Source of the DNA: Stramenopiles sp. TOSAG23-2 | Taxonomy: Eukaryota | Reading direction: 5' to 3' | Assembly (NCBI GenBank): GCA_900128395.1 | Contig: LT649339.1 | Location: forward strand, 1-36,216 | Length of the DNA stretch: 36,216 nt | Part shown: positions 21,798 through 32,264 of the stretch, one piece after another | How positions within the stretch are numbered: the stretch's first letter is position 1 | How the letters are laid out: every line of letters begins with the position of its first letter | Position numbers and translations under genes: made by a program | Notes under the pieces: generated by a model | What the model saw: the letters and a program-made list of their open reading frames with translations, nothing else | Databases searched by the model: none | What the model was told of the DNA's origin: nothing

Positions 21798-24700
21798 ATG
21801 ACGGATGCAAAATATGAATTAACTACTAGTACTAATAATAATAAGGTAACTATTAACATTCCTTCATCTAGTTTCATAGCAAAATATCTTGTTGAAGGCA
21901 TGACTTGCTCATCTTGTGTTAATACTGTTGAAACTGGTGTGAAAAAAGGGCACACAATTAATTTAAAGCGTGTCAATGTTAATTTGTTAGAAGATACTAT
22001 GGAAGTTACATTTTCTGAAGATGATTTAGAAAAGGCGAAAGTGTATGGTGAAGGTATTGTAGATACGGTGGAATGTTTAGGGTTTGACTGTAAATTATTG
22101 AACCTTGATATTATCCCTTTAACTACGTTCAAAGCAAAATATCTTGTTGAAGGCATGACTTGCTCATCTTGTGTTAATACTGTTGAAACTGGTGTGAAAA
22201 AAGGGCACACAATTAATTTAAAGCGTGTTAATGTTAATTTGTTAGAAGATACTATGGAAGTTACATTTTCTGAAGATGATTTAGAAAAGGCGAAAGTGTA
22301 TGGTGAAGGTATTGTAGATACGGTGGAATGTTTAGGGTTTGACTGTAAATTATTGGAAGTAACACAACTTCATGAAGGTAAACAAAGAAAACTGCTAACT
22401 TGTTTATTGAATTTTGAAATGGAAAAATCTATATCCAATACCGTCCTGGTAAATTTAACAAATGAGATTATTACCTACCTTTTGAACGTAAATGAAAAAT
22501 ATGAAGATAGTATTAGTAAAGTTAGTTCCACTACAACAGATCAGAATCAAAAAAATAATAACAAGATGAATGTGAATGAAATTGAATTATTTATAGAATT
22601 CAATGATGAAATTATTGGGATTCGTACGATATGTGAAGAATATATAGATCCTGTGCTGAAGAAATTCAAGGTTATAAAATACGATGTAGCTGCTGCAACT
22701 GGGACATTAAGTACATTGCAAAGTCGTAAAAATAATCAAGTCAATCAATGGAAAAAGTCATTGTATTTTAGTTTAATATTTACCGCCCCATGCTTTTTAA
22801 TATCTATGGTTCTACCATCAATTCATCCATCCATTAAAATGGCATTTATGTCAAGCGTATTTGATGAGATAAATTTGCATTGGGGTGCTTTATTAATGTG
22901 GATATTAGCAACACCAGTTCAATTCATCTCGGGTCAACTATTTTACGTTGAAGCATATCATGGTATGTTGCGACGAAATTATGGTATGTCGTTTCTAATT
23001 GCATTAGGGACAAGTGCTGCATATTTTTACTCTGCATTTGCTGTTATATATAATATGCTGTATACAAAGCCAGGTGTCCATACCAAATCTCACCAAGGGG
23101 CGCATTTTTTTGAAACAAGTGCTATGCTAATTACATTTGTATTACTTGGGAAATTTATGGAAGCTACTGCAAAGAAGGAAACATCAAGTGCCCTTGCCGC
23201 GTTGATGAAGTTATCGGCTAGCACAGCTCGATTAGTGGTACAAAAAAATACAAAAAATGACAATGTTACAACAATTACAGATGAGGATATCGATGAAATC
23301 AAAGATATCGATATCGTTATGTTACAACGTGGTGATATTATTAAAGTTTTGCCTGGTGACACATTGCCTGCAGATGGGATTGTAATTAAAGGACGATCGA
23401 CTGTAAATGAATCGATGTTAACCGGCGAACCAATGCCTGTGCAAAAAAATGTTGGTGACTTAGTGTCTGGATCAACATCCAATGTAGATGGTACATTATT
23501 TATCTCCGTAACTGAGACTGGTGCAAATACAACATTGTCAAATATTATTAATCTTGTGCAAGATGCACAAACAAAAAAACCACCGATACAAATATTTGCC
23601 GATCGTATAAGTGGCATATTTGCTCCTATTGTTGCTTCGATTTCTTTGCTTACTTTCATTGTTTGGATTATTTTAACATCTGCCAATGTTGTACCAAAAG
23701 AATGGTATCCATATGGCGAAAGCAACTTTGTTATGTCTTTAACCTTTAGTATTGCTGTATTAGTTATTGCATGTCCATGCGCGTTGGGTCTTGCAACACC
23801 CACAGCTATTATGGTTGGCACAAGTGTTGGTGCTAAGTTAGGAATATTAGTAAAGAGTGGTGATGCACTCGAGACGGCACATAATGTAACGGATGTAATA
23901 TTTGACAAAACTGGGACTTTGACATCGGGTACGCCATCTTGCACAGATATAGTATTATTGAATGATAAAGTTCCGCTTAATATGAAAAAGAAAACGGTAG
24001 AAGAACAAGATGATACAGGAAATGATTTTTTACGAATATCACAACATGATTTATTATATTTTGTTGGATGTGCTGAAAAAGGTAGCGAGCATCCACTTGC
24101 ACAAGCTATTGTAAAAAAAGCAACTAGTGTCAAGAATGTGAAGCCGTTAAAAGAGCCTGGTGCATTCAAAGCAGACCCAGGCCGTGGTATATGCGCAGAT
24201 GTTGATGGACATCAAGTTTTAATTGGTAATCGTCAGTATATGGAAGAAAAAGGCTCGATATTTACAACCAACGCGGAACGGACAGAAAATTGCATGCAAA
24301 CGATGGAAAAAAAAGGGAAAACAAGTGTAATAGTGTCCATTAATAATGTTGTAGTTGGTGTATTGGGTATTTACGACGAAGCAAAACAAGACGCGGCCGT
24401 TGCTTTAGCTGGTCTACGTGCTATGAATCTAAATGTATGGATGTTAACTGGTGATAATCGAAGAACAGCGGAAGCAATTGCATTTGAATTAGGAATACCT
24501 AAAGAACAAATTGTAGCTGAAGTTTTGCCAGGAGAAAAATCTGAAAAAGTTGTTGAATTACAAGAGAAAGGGAAAATTGTTGCCATGGTGGGGGATGGAG
24601 TAAATGATTCTCCTGCCTTAGCTCAAGCAAACTTAGGCATAGCAATTGGTGCAGGTGCTGATGTCGCAGTAGAAGCGGCTGACTTAGTGCTGGTGAAATC

Positions 24701-25316
24701 GAGATTAGTGGATGTAATCACTGCAATTGATTTATCTCGTGTCACTTACCAACGTATACGTTTAAATATGTTTTGGGCTTTAGGTTATAACACATTAGGA
24801 ATACCGATTGCTGCTGGTGTTTTATTTCCACTTATAAAAGTAGTTTTGCCGCCTGAAGTTGCTGGACTAGCAATGGCAATGTCGTCAGTCTCCGTTGTAA
24901 TTTCATCTATTTTATTGCGTAATTATAAACCTCCAAAAATTGAATCAAGTTATGGCCGAGAAGTTCGACAAGGTACATTAGGAATTGAATCAGTAAAAAT
25001 GGAATTGGAGAGTGAAAATAATGGTGGTGGTGGTGGTATTGCCTATCATATTGATCCCGGGTGTATGATGGCATATGGTGGCGCATGTACATGTGCTGCT
25101 GAATTATGTACATGTGCAGATTGTGCTATTCATAAAGGTGGGGGTCGCTACAATAGTAAGAAGAAAAGTGGTGGTGAGAAGGATGATGATGAAGAAATAA
25201 AATTGTACAGTGCCGGTTGTTCCATGCAATGGGGTGAGAAGTGTAACTGTGATCCAAATAAATGTGCTTGCGCTGATTGTATGGAACATAAATTTGAGGT
25301 TGGAAAAAAAGCGTAA
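21798..25316 (+). CDS. Copper-transporting P1B-1 ATPase (ATP7/CopA/RAN1 family)
   Basis: Two HMA domains (GMTCSSC), TGEP actuator, CPCALGLATP, DKTGT, SEHP, GDGVNDSPAL, and TM ligands YN and MAMSS. It also has a Cys-rich C-terminal tail. Confidence 0.97.
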   Translation: MTDAKYELTTSTNNNKVTINIPSSSFIAKYLVEGMTCSSCVNTVETGVKKGHTINLKRVNVNLLEDTMEVTFSEDDLEKAKVYGEGIVDTVECLGFDCKLLNLDIIPLTTFKAKYLVEGMTCSSCVNTVETGVKKGHTINLKRVNVNLLEDTMEVTFSEDDLEKAKVYGEGIVDTVECLGFDCKLLEVTQLHEGKQRKLLTCLLNFEMEKSISNTVLVNLTNEIITYLLNVNEKYEDSISKVSSTTTDQNQKNNNKMNVNEIELFIEFNDEIIGIRTICEEYIDPVLKKFKVIKYDVAAATGTLSTLQSRKNNQVNQWKKSLYFSLIFTAPCFLISMVLPSIHPSIKMAFMSSVFDEINLHWGALLMWILATPVQFISGQLFYVEAYHGMLRRNYGMSFLIALGTSAAYFYSAFAVIYNMLYTKPGVHTKSHQGAHFFETSAMLITFVLLGKFMEATAKKETSSALAALMKLSASTARLVVQKNTKNDNVTTITDEDIDEIKDIDIVMLQRGDIIKVLPGDTLPADGIVIKGRSTVNESMLTGEPMPVQKNVGDLVSGSTSNVDGTLFISVTETGANTTLSNIINLVQDAQTKKPPIQIFADRISGIFAPIVASISLLTFIVWIILTSANVVPKEWYPYGESNFVMSLTFSIAVLVIACPCALGLATPTAIMVGTSVGAKLGILVKSGDALETAHNVTDVIFDKTGTLTSGTPSCTDIVLLNDKVPLNMKKKTVEEQDDTGNDFLRISQHDLLYFVGCAEKGSEHPLAQAIVKKATSVKNVKPLKEPGAFKADPGRGICADVDGHQVLIGNRQYMEEKGSIFTTNAERTENCMQTMEKKGKTSVIVSINNVVVGVLGIYDEAKQDAAVALAGLRAMNLNVWMLTGDNRRTAEAIAFELGIPKEQIVAEVLPGEKSEKVVELQEKGKIVAMVGDGVNDSPALAQANLGIAIGAGADVAVEAADLVLVKSRLVDVITAIDLSRVTYQRIRLNMFWALGYNTLGIPIAAGVLFPLIKVVLPPEVAGLAMAMSSVSVVISSILLRNYKPPKIESSYGREVRQGTLGIESVKMELESENNGGGGGIAYHIDPGCMMAYGGACTCAAELCTCADCAIHKGGGRYNSKKKSGGEKDDDEEIKLYSAGCSMQWGEKCNCDPNKCACADCMEHKFEVGKKA
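21878..22355 (+). repeat. Near-identical intragenic duplication of the HMA domain (255-bp period)
   Basis: 21878-22100 versus 22133-22355: 223 bp with one visible difference (C21974/T22229, synonymous GTC/GTT). Confidence 0.95.
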
Positions 25317-25459
25317 AATGTAAAAGAGTCGTACGATCTGTAAGAAAAACTTTTTTTATATGATATATAATAAGGAGAGCGTAATTAAAAAACATAATTA
25401 AAACATTTAAAAAACATATATGTGTGTAAAAGAATACGAGTACATTAAAATCACATTTT

Positions 25460-25877
25460 CTACATGACTATACAAAAGCTTTCATCACTAAGCGATACAT
25501 CTACTACTCTTTTGAAATCTGAATTGTGATGTTTTCTATGCAATTTTAACTGCTTAAAGTCTTCTTTTAACACACTTTGACGACGTCCTTTTGCACCGTC
25601 TTCAACAGCAACAGACATGGAGAATTGTGAATGGTTAAACATCAAACATACAAGTAAAATCCCAATCTTCCAATGCTTTGTATAAGTTATCATAGTCATC
25701 AATATTGTTATTGTCTTTATCGTTGTAAGATATTGGAAACCAAGCTAGAATTTTACCTTCCTCTACAGCCCGATCTAAATTTGCTTTCCCTGCTCCCATT
25801 GGTATTTGACCTTCCTGGTCATTAAACTTTATCTTATAGTACGACTTCTTTCTTCCTAATCCATTATGATCTTCCAA
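25460..25877 (-). pseudogene. Possible degraded gene fragment (two overlapping protein-like frames)
   Basis: The frame LEDHNGLGRKKSYYKIKF...LEDWDFTCMFDV* switches near 25640 to FNHSQFSMSVAVEDGAKGRRQSVLKEDF...VM*. Composition is coding-like, and the upstream frame starts at TTG rather than ATG. Confidence 0.4.
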
Positions 25878-26454
25878 AATTGAGCATGTTATTAAGGGCT
25901 TAAGACAGAAACAGAAGACGGTTCAATATGGTGCATTACCAATTATAAAAAAAGTTTTAAAGATGCACTGTATTGATACGAGTAGTAATGAAAAAAATAA
26001 CGAATTGCGTCGTATTTTATGTGCATTAATAACGTCGATGGGAAAGGAATACGGTAAAGATATGATTGCACATGGAATTTTTGAAGATTTAGTAGAAATA
26101 TTAAAAATATTTATTGAATATTATTCTCAATTCAATAAGAAATTATGTGGTACTAAACAAGTAGAGAACTTTTATATCAACATTATACGTAGCATATCTA
26201 GCATTTTAAATATACATGGAAATCATCATGTTAATGATAATAATAATATTCATACGCAAAATTTAAACGAAGCGAAACCTTTGCATGTTATGTTGGATTT
26301 TATAAAACGACAAAAGGAAGTTGATGTAAATAGTAAATTGACAGAAGAAATCTTGTTAAAATATTTGAAAATAGGAAGTGAACTATTTCAAAAACATGTT
26401 CGGTGTGTTGAATCAACATATGTATGTGTGAGATGTTTATGTGTGTACATTTGA
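25870..26454 (+). pseudogene. 5'-truncated helical (ARM-repeat-like) gene fragment or short CDS (ATG at 25963)
   Basis: The frame is open from 25870 (SSKIEHVIKGLRQKQKTVQYGALPIIKKVLKMH...MIAHGIFEDLVEILK). The ARM-like 'G-hydrophobic-xx-hydrophobic' helices begin upstream of the first Met. Confidence 0.45.
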
Positions 26455-26654
26455 AAACGCCACCATATATTATTTAATGTGCCGGTATGAATAATTTTCT
26501 TTTTAAATCTTTCCCCCTCTGATATGCATGTAGAAATATTTTCTTACTTTGTATCATAATATTAATAATTCGTTAATATCATATCATATATGTGTTTTTC
26601 TCTTACTCCTATGTTATATAAAATTCTTTTACTCCCGTTTATTAACCTCTCAAA

Positions 26655-26806
26655 TCAAAAATGATTTATAAATTTTAGTAAAAATTATTTAGTATTCAAA
26701 AGATGTTTCCGCTGTCTGTGATTCAGAGCTTCAAGAATGATTTATAAATTTTAGTAAAAATTATTTAGTATTCAAAAGATGTTTCGTCTGTCTGTGATTC
26801 AGAGCT
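26655..26806. repeat. 76-bp tandem duplication with 3 mismatches
   Basis: 26655-26730 versus 26731-26806. The differences are tcaaAa/tcaaGa and gtttcCG/gtttcGT. Confidence 0.92.
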
Positions 26807-27286
26807 AAATGAAAGAGGTCCTCCTTCATAAAGTTCATATCATATATATTATAAATAAGAGAATTGTTTATATTATAATATGATACCTGGTATGATCATA
26901 TGATATGGTTAAAATCTATGTACTTCTTCGTAAATCTAAAAGTTATGATATATAATATATACATGATATTATGCATATATAAATATTACAACCCAAATGT
27001 TAAAAATTATTTTTTAAATCATTAACTCCTTACACGTATAAGATAATTTTTTAAAGCACATTTTACATTTTACTCGTAAAAAAAAAGACACGAATAAAAC
27101 ACGGAGAGTACCTGCTTGGGATTAAAAAAAATTAAAAGGTGTGTACTATGTTCAAGATTACATGAAATATGATAATATAAAATTTTTAAAACCAATTTAC
27201 ATACACAAACATATCAGTATCTGATACGTTTCTCTCGAACGATTCGTAAAAAAAATATATGTTTATGCATATTTTTTTCACTTTTT

Positions 27287-28267
27287 TCAAAAAGTCTCTT
27301 TGTCTTCTTCGTCCCGCTTTGACATTGTTTTAATAACTTTATCATATGTTCCTAGGAAAACGAAACCACCTAAACCAATCCAAAATACTCTTGGTGCTAT
27401 CCCACTAAAAAATGCACGCCAACCCTCTTCGCTTAATATTCGATTAAATGTATTAACTAAACCATTATATGCTTTACCATTAGCATCGGTACCTAACATT
27501 AATCGGGTTTTGATAACATCTAATGGTGTTGTGACTGCAGCAGCGAAACTTCCAGATATTGTCCCACAAACTGCTGCTTGAAAAGAAGTCGCTTCATATC
27601 CTTGATAATTAGCAATATATGATTTCATACCTTCCCATATAGGGAACTGAATGAACGAAAATGGTACTTCACGTAACACGGTAGTCCAATAGCCGGTATA
27701 AAAGTTTGTCCAACCACCTGGTGCACTTCTAATTGCAGTCAAAGTTTCAGATGTTGTTTTATAAAGACCAGCTTGCATTTTTTGTTTCACATTTTCAGTA
27801 GGGACGCGTATTAAACACGCGATTGTTTCGCCAAACGACGCTGCAATCATCGATTTAGCTGCGCCTAAATTGTCTGGTAAAACTGATTTTGCACTTTCAT
27901 ATGACGCGAAAAATAAAGATGCACCAGGGACTGAGCCAACAGCAGCTGATGCTAAACCATTATAAATTCCACTAAATCCACCTGCTTTTAAAAACCCTTC
28001 CGCTGCTTGCATACGAGTTTTTATTGTGTCTAATGGAAACAAAGCGACATCAACAGAAAAACCAGCAACACCTAAATTTTACCAGATGAATATATATATA
28101 TACATAGAAATGTAAAGAAGTCAAATATTTATTATATAGAAAAGTTTTAAAATAGTTAGTTTTGTTGAACGAAAAGTGATAATTGATAACATTTTAATTC
28201 AAGTATAAAAATATAACTTACCACCTGATATTAATGCTGTTATAAATGGTACCTCCTCTCCAGACAT
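27287..28267 (-). CDS. Mitochondrial S-adenosylmethionine carrier (SLC25A26/SAMC-like), two exons: 28267-28222 and 28071-27287
   Basis: The spliced product MSGEEVPFITALISG/GVAGFSVDVALFPLDTIKTRMQ restores the first TM helix. Three carrier signatures are present (PLDTIKTR, PTENVKQK, PLDVIKTR), along with REVPFSFIQFPIWE typical of SAMC. Confidence 0.92.
28072..28221 (-). other. Spliceosomal intron, 150 bp, phase 1
   Basis: Minus-strand donor G|GTAAGT at 28221 and acceptor AAATTTAG|G at 28072. Removing it keeps the frame and gives the conserved GGxAG. Confidence 0.9.
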
Positions 28268-28767
28268 GGTACACCTATTTTAATATTGTTCAACAATGAC
28301 TATTGTATTATATATATATATATATATATATCAATGTCTGGATGTCTGTACATGTCGTATTCCAGTATTCCTCTCTCTCTCTCTCTCTCTGATTTAAGTG
28401 ATCTTAGATCATCGTAATTTCCGGCACTGAATTCACCCTCTCCTCTCCTCTCGTCGTTTATTCGATTTTATTCTCTAATTTAAATTCACCCTGTACTACC
28501 ACGGTGGTATATTCACGTACTATTATTCACGCTAAGATTTAAGGATATTAATATTCCCTATCTGCGTCGTCAGCCAAAAGCAAGTTCTGGACTTTTTTCG
28601 ACTTTCGATATATTATTATTTTGTATAAAAAAATAGTTGAATTTAAAATAAAAAAATTGAATTTATGAAAATGTTGATATAGATACACACTAATGTAACA
28701 CGTTAGAAAAGCCAACAGAATATACATCTAGATAATAAAAAAAGTTCAATACGTATCAAACACAACG

Positions 28768-31700
28768 ATGTCATCACAAAGTGGATCAAGCGTTCTTAGT
28801 AAACCACCACCGAAAAAGAAAAAAAAGAAATCAAAATCAAAACGCACTTCTCCTAATAGTATTGGTGATAATGATACAAATAACAAATCAGTTTCCAAGG
28901 AAAATAATAACCAAGAAAATAGTGCATTGCCTCAAGTAGCTCTAGAACAAAGAAAACATATTAGTTTGATCGGTAGAACTGTGCGAACAAGCGGAACGCC
29001 TTTAATGGAATATATAAAATTATCAAATGAAAATGGTATGTTATTGATTCGACAATGTCCATGTAAGTTGTTAGTATATTTATTAGATAATAGTACAAAC
29101 AAGATCTCCGTTGATGAAATAAGTAAAAAAAAGAAAAGTAAAAAAAAAGACAATAATAGCACAAAGAATAACAATACATGGTTACATATATCGACTATAT
29201 GTTTTACTTCTGATATCGTTACGATAAATGTTGGTAGCTTTCTTCAAAATACGCTTAAAGCAAATAAAATTTTGATCGGAACCTACGATGGTGAAATATT
29301 CTATATAGATGCTGATAAAATAGGTAGTGATAATATTAGTTACAAGTATCTTGATGTATCAAAGGAACAAAATAAAATTTCAAAATCGCTTGGTATTATA
29401 CGTGGAATTGTCAATTGCAATTTTTTATATAATGGTAATCAAGAGGCTGATAGCCAAGCCATTTTAATCACAAGTTTATTAGAACCTATGTATTTATGTG
29501 AGTTTAAGAATGAAAATGGTATCGAGATATTCAAAAAAAATCTTATTCCACAAAACAATGTCGATTCAATCGTATCAACAACATATATAATGAGCAGTAG
29601 TAGCAATCCATCTTTTTTTTCTGCACTTTTTGGCCCTAACATGGCGTTATCACGAGGCAATAATTCAATAGCCATACAAGGTTATTTAGATGGCTCACTT
29701 CGATACGTGTTATTACAATCTGATTATATAATGAACAACGATAGCAGTGGTGGGATATCTATCAATCGCAATGTTGCCTCTATACATGGTCTACTTTTAC
29801 ATATGCCGGATAACGAAACGATTTTGAACATATTACCAATTTATTCATTTTTTGATGATGATGTCACCGATAATAATAACAGTAACCAAACTACTAATAC
29901 AATAAAAGGCTTAGTAATTATTGGAAAGCACGGTACCATTAAAATTATTAGTTATTTTAATCAGTCCCAAGCTCATCAACACATGGATGTAGATAATGAA
30001 AATGTATTAAACAATGCAAATTTAGTGAAATGTGGTAATCATGCAGTTGTTGAAACTTGGCCAAATAATATTGGCAACTCAATATCATGCGCATGCATAG
30101 TTAATGGATACCTAGTATGCATATCAAATCGAAAAACATTAGTCATGCCATTGTTACGTTTGCAATTATTACTTTCCGTAAATAATATTACAAATGTACA
30201 ATTGCCACTTGCTCGTAATGTTGTTTTCTTGCAACCGTTAGAAATATATTCAAATACATTCATTGCGTTAACATCGCGTGGTCTATTATATGAATTTACA
30301 ATGCCTAGTAACAACAATATACAAATATTGAAACGCATTGAAAATTTCGGAGCCAAGCATTCACAATGCACTCGCATAAGTGCAGATGCAGATTCGGAAA
30401 CAAGGGTGAAAGGATTATTAGAACAGTTGTCAGAAATATCAACAAAAGAATACATTTCAAAAGAAGTTAGCAATATTTATACAAAGCAATTAAGTGTTTT
30501 GTCTGAAATGCTGCATTGGATCGTAGAATTTAATCACTTGTTCGTTTCCGGTAAAGCGTTTGCATCTACTATTACAATTGATCAAAATTTGATAGGTCAA
30601 GTATCCACAGTACACACCCTTTGTTTAACGCTTACGCCTTTTTCTCGTAACTCTAATATATACTTTCCAATATCTGATACATGGCAAATTGTTGTAAAAA
30701 TAAAACATTCCCAGAGTGGCGCATTAAATTATATTGAAACAAAATCTATATTTTTGAAAGATCTTGCAGTTAGAAAACCTAATGATAATAGTGGGCAAGA
30801 ACAGCGTATATGGAGATTTCCAATAGAACTGGAGAGTATTGAACCCCTTGAAATTTCTGTTTCGTTATGCACTATGTTAAGTCATTCAAAAACAATTCGT
30901 GTGGATGATGATGGCAACGCAAAAAATACTAGTGATGATACTGGACAGTCTATTTCACTTTTAAAAGATCAAGATGCTATCTTTTTACCAATATCTTCAC
31001 ACCTTCTAGATATACTTGATTTTGCCGGTCTACACAATACCAGAGTAACGTATTTGAATAATTTAAATCGCGTTCTAAAGCAGTCTATAAACAATATTTC
31101 CTTGACCAGTGGCAATAATGGTATAATTAGTGTTGTTGATGGGGAAAATTTAAATATCAATGAACATGGTCCGATTACACAAGTTGGTTTTGGGACACGG
31201 GCAAAGATAAATATTGTAATTCATCCTGACATATACAACAGCAGTATCGATGATGATCGTAGTAGTCGTGATGAGAGTGCAGGCAAATTATTTCGATTGA
31301 AGAACATTCTTGGGAAGCTTATCGAAAGGCCAGGCCATTTTTCAAAACATTTTACATGGAGACAGAATAAAAATAGCAAACAGATTGAAGTAACTGGGTC
31401 ATTAGGCAGAGGGCATGGTATTTCTTTATTATCATCATGGTGCGAAGAAAGTAACTCTGAAGCGACAACAAGTAAAACAAACACAATGATGATGCCTACC
31501 ACTTCTGCATCTAGTAGTAAATCAATTAAAAATATATTGTCTGTTGAAATTTTATGCGAACACCCATTAGATTTACCATTAATTCGCGAGGCTTTAATAC
31601 GACGTGGTATGAAATATAATTGCCATATTAATATAAGTAAAAATAGTGGCGAAGGTAGCAATGATAATGTAACAAATGATGGTGTTGGTTCTAATCCATC

Positions 31701-31926
31701 TTCTGTTTCGATAGATTTAGAAAAAGATCTATTTGAAATAGAAAATGAATTATTGATTTTACAAAAAGAACAGCATGGATTGGAAAGTAATTGTATTGAT
31801 CCTAATAGCAATTTATCTGGTGTAAAATCAGCGCCACCATTTAATATTGCACTATACAGTGCTAGGACAAGTGAATTGGCGAAGAAAGTTGCAAAATTAT
31901 ATTTGAAATTGAGAAAAGAGGATTAA
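28768..31926 (+). CDS. Large protein, putative Fanconi anemia core complex-associated protein 100 (FAAP100)-like
   Basis: 1052-aa ORF. FFSALFGPNMAL...IAIQGYLDGSL, GLVIIGKHGTI, FIALTSRGLL and the coiled coil RVKGLLEQLSEIS occur in the same order as recalled FAAP100 motifs (LFGxxxxL...GLPDGQL, LVAFGHHGRM, KIKELLSGIGNIS). Confidence 0.6.
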   Translation: MSSQSGSSVLSKPPPKKKKKKSKSKRTSPNSIGDNDTNNKSVSKENNNQENSALPQVALEQRKHISLIGRTVRTSGTPLMEYIKLSNENGMLLIRQCPCKLLVYLLDNSTNKISVDEISKKKKSKKKDNNSTKNNNTWLHISTICFTSDIVTINVGSFLQNTLKANKILIGTYDGEIFYIDADKIGSDNISYKYLDVSKEQNKISKSLGIIRGIVNCNFLYNGNQEADSQAILITSLLEPMYLCEFKNENGIEIFKKNLIPQNNVDSIVSTTYIMSSSSNPSFFSALFGPNMALSRGNNSIAIQGYLDGSLRYVLLQSDYIMNNDSSGGISINRNVASIHGLLLHMPDNETILNILPIYSFFDDDVTDNNNSNQTTNTIKGLVIIGKHGTIKIISYFNQSQAHQHMDVDNENVLNNANLVKCGNHAVVETWPNNIGNSISCACIVNGYLVCISNRKTLVMPLLRLQLLLSVNNITNVQLPLARNVVFLQPLEIYSNTFIALTSRGLLYEFTMPSNNNIQILKRIENFGAKHSQCTRISADADSETRVKGLLEQLSEISTKEYISKEVSNIYTKQLSVLSEMLHWIVEFNHLFVSGKAFASTITIDQNLIGQVSTVHTLCLTLTPFSRNSNIYFPISDTWQIVVKIKHSQSGALNYIETKSIFLKDLAVRKPNDNSGQEQRIWRFPIELESIEPLEISVSLCTMLSHSKTIRVDDDGNAKNTSDDTGQSISLLKDQDAIFLPISSHLLDILDFAGLHNTRVTYLNNLNRVLKQSINNISLTSGNNGIISVVDGENLNINEHGPITQVGFGTRAKINIVIHPDIYNSSIDDDRSSRDESAGKLFRLKNILGKLIERPGHFSKHFTWRQNKNSKQIEVTGSLGRGHGISLLSSWCEESNSEATTSKTNTMMMPTTSASSSKSIKNILSVEILCEHPLDLPLIREALIRRGMKYNCHINISKNSGEGSNDNVTNDGVGSNPSSVSIDLEKDLFEIENELLILQKEQHGLESNCIDPNSNLSGVKSAPPFNIALYSARTSELAKKVAKLYLKLRKED

Positions 31927-32264
31927 ATATATTATTACTTCGTACATGTATATATATTATATATAAATACATGCATATCTTGAGTTACACAATGTGTACA
32001 TATATATATTTTTAGTTTTTTTTTATTAAAAAATATAAAAAATTTTTGGCTCAGTCACACTGTATTCTTTTGAGAGTAGGAATTATCATCTCGGTAGAAA
32101 TAAAAAATTAAAATATACGCGTAATACGCGTACATTTTTGTATTATATACGAAAATACAAAATATTTTATATTATAGAGCGTGTTTCAAAGACCATATCA
32201 TTACAAATGAGGAGCTGGAATAACATATCTCTCTCGTGCTTCGTAAGATGTCATGTCACAATCT

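Noticed and set aside
23090-24169. 359-aa antisense ORF within the Cu-ATPase, and similar shadow ORFs in other genes
   Set aside because: These are mirror frames of well-supported genes, explained by codon bias, and have no motifs of their own.
25457-26536. 10-bp inverted repeat TTTCTACATG/CATGTAGAAA flanking the gene-fragment block as TIRs
   Set aside because: It is short and AT-rich, does not extend, and has no clear target-site duplication, so it is compatible with chance.
8779-28267. SDHB, HADHB and the SAM carrier as a mitochondrial gene cluster or organellar DNA
   Set aside because: They are interspersed with unrelated nuclear genes. The presequences and a spliceosomal intron show ordinary nuclear genes.
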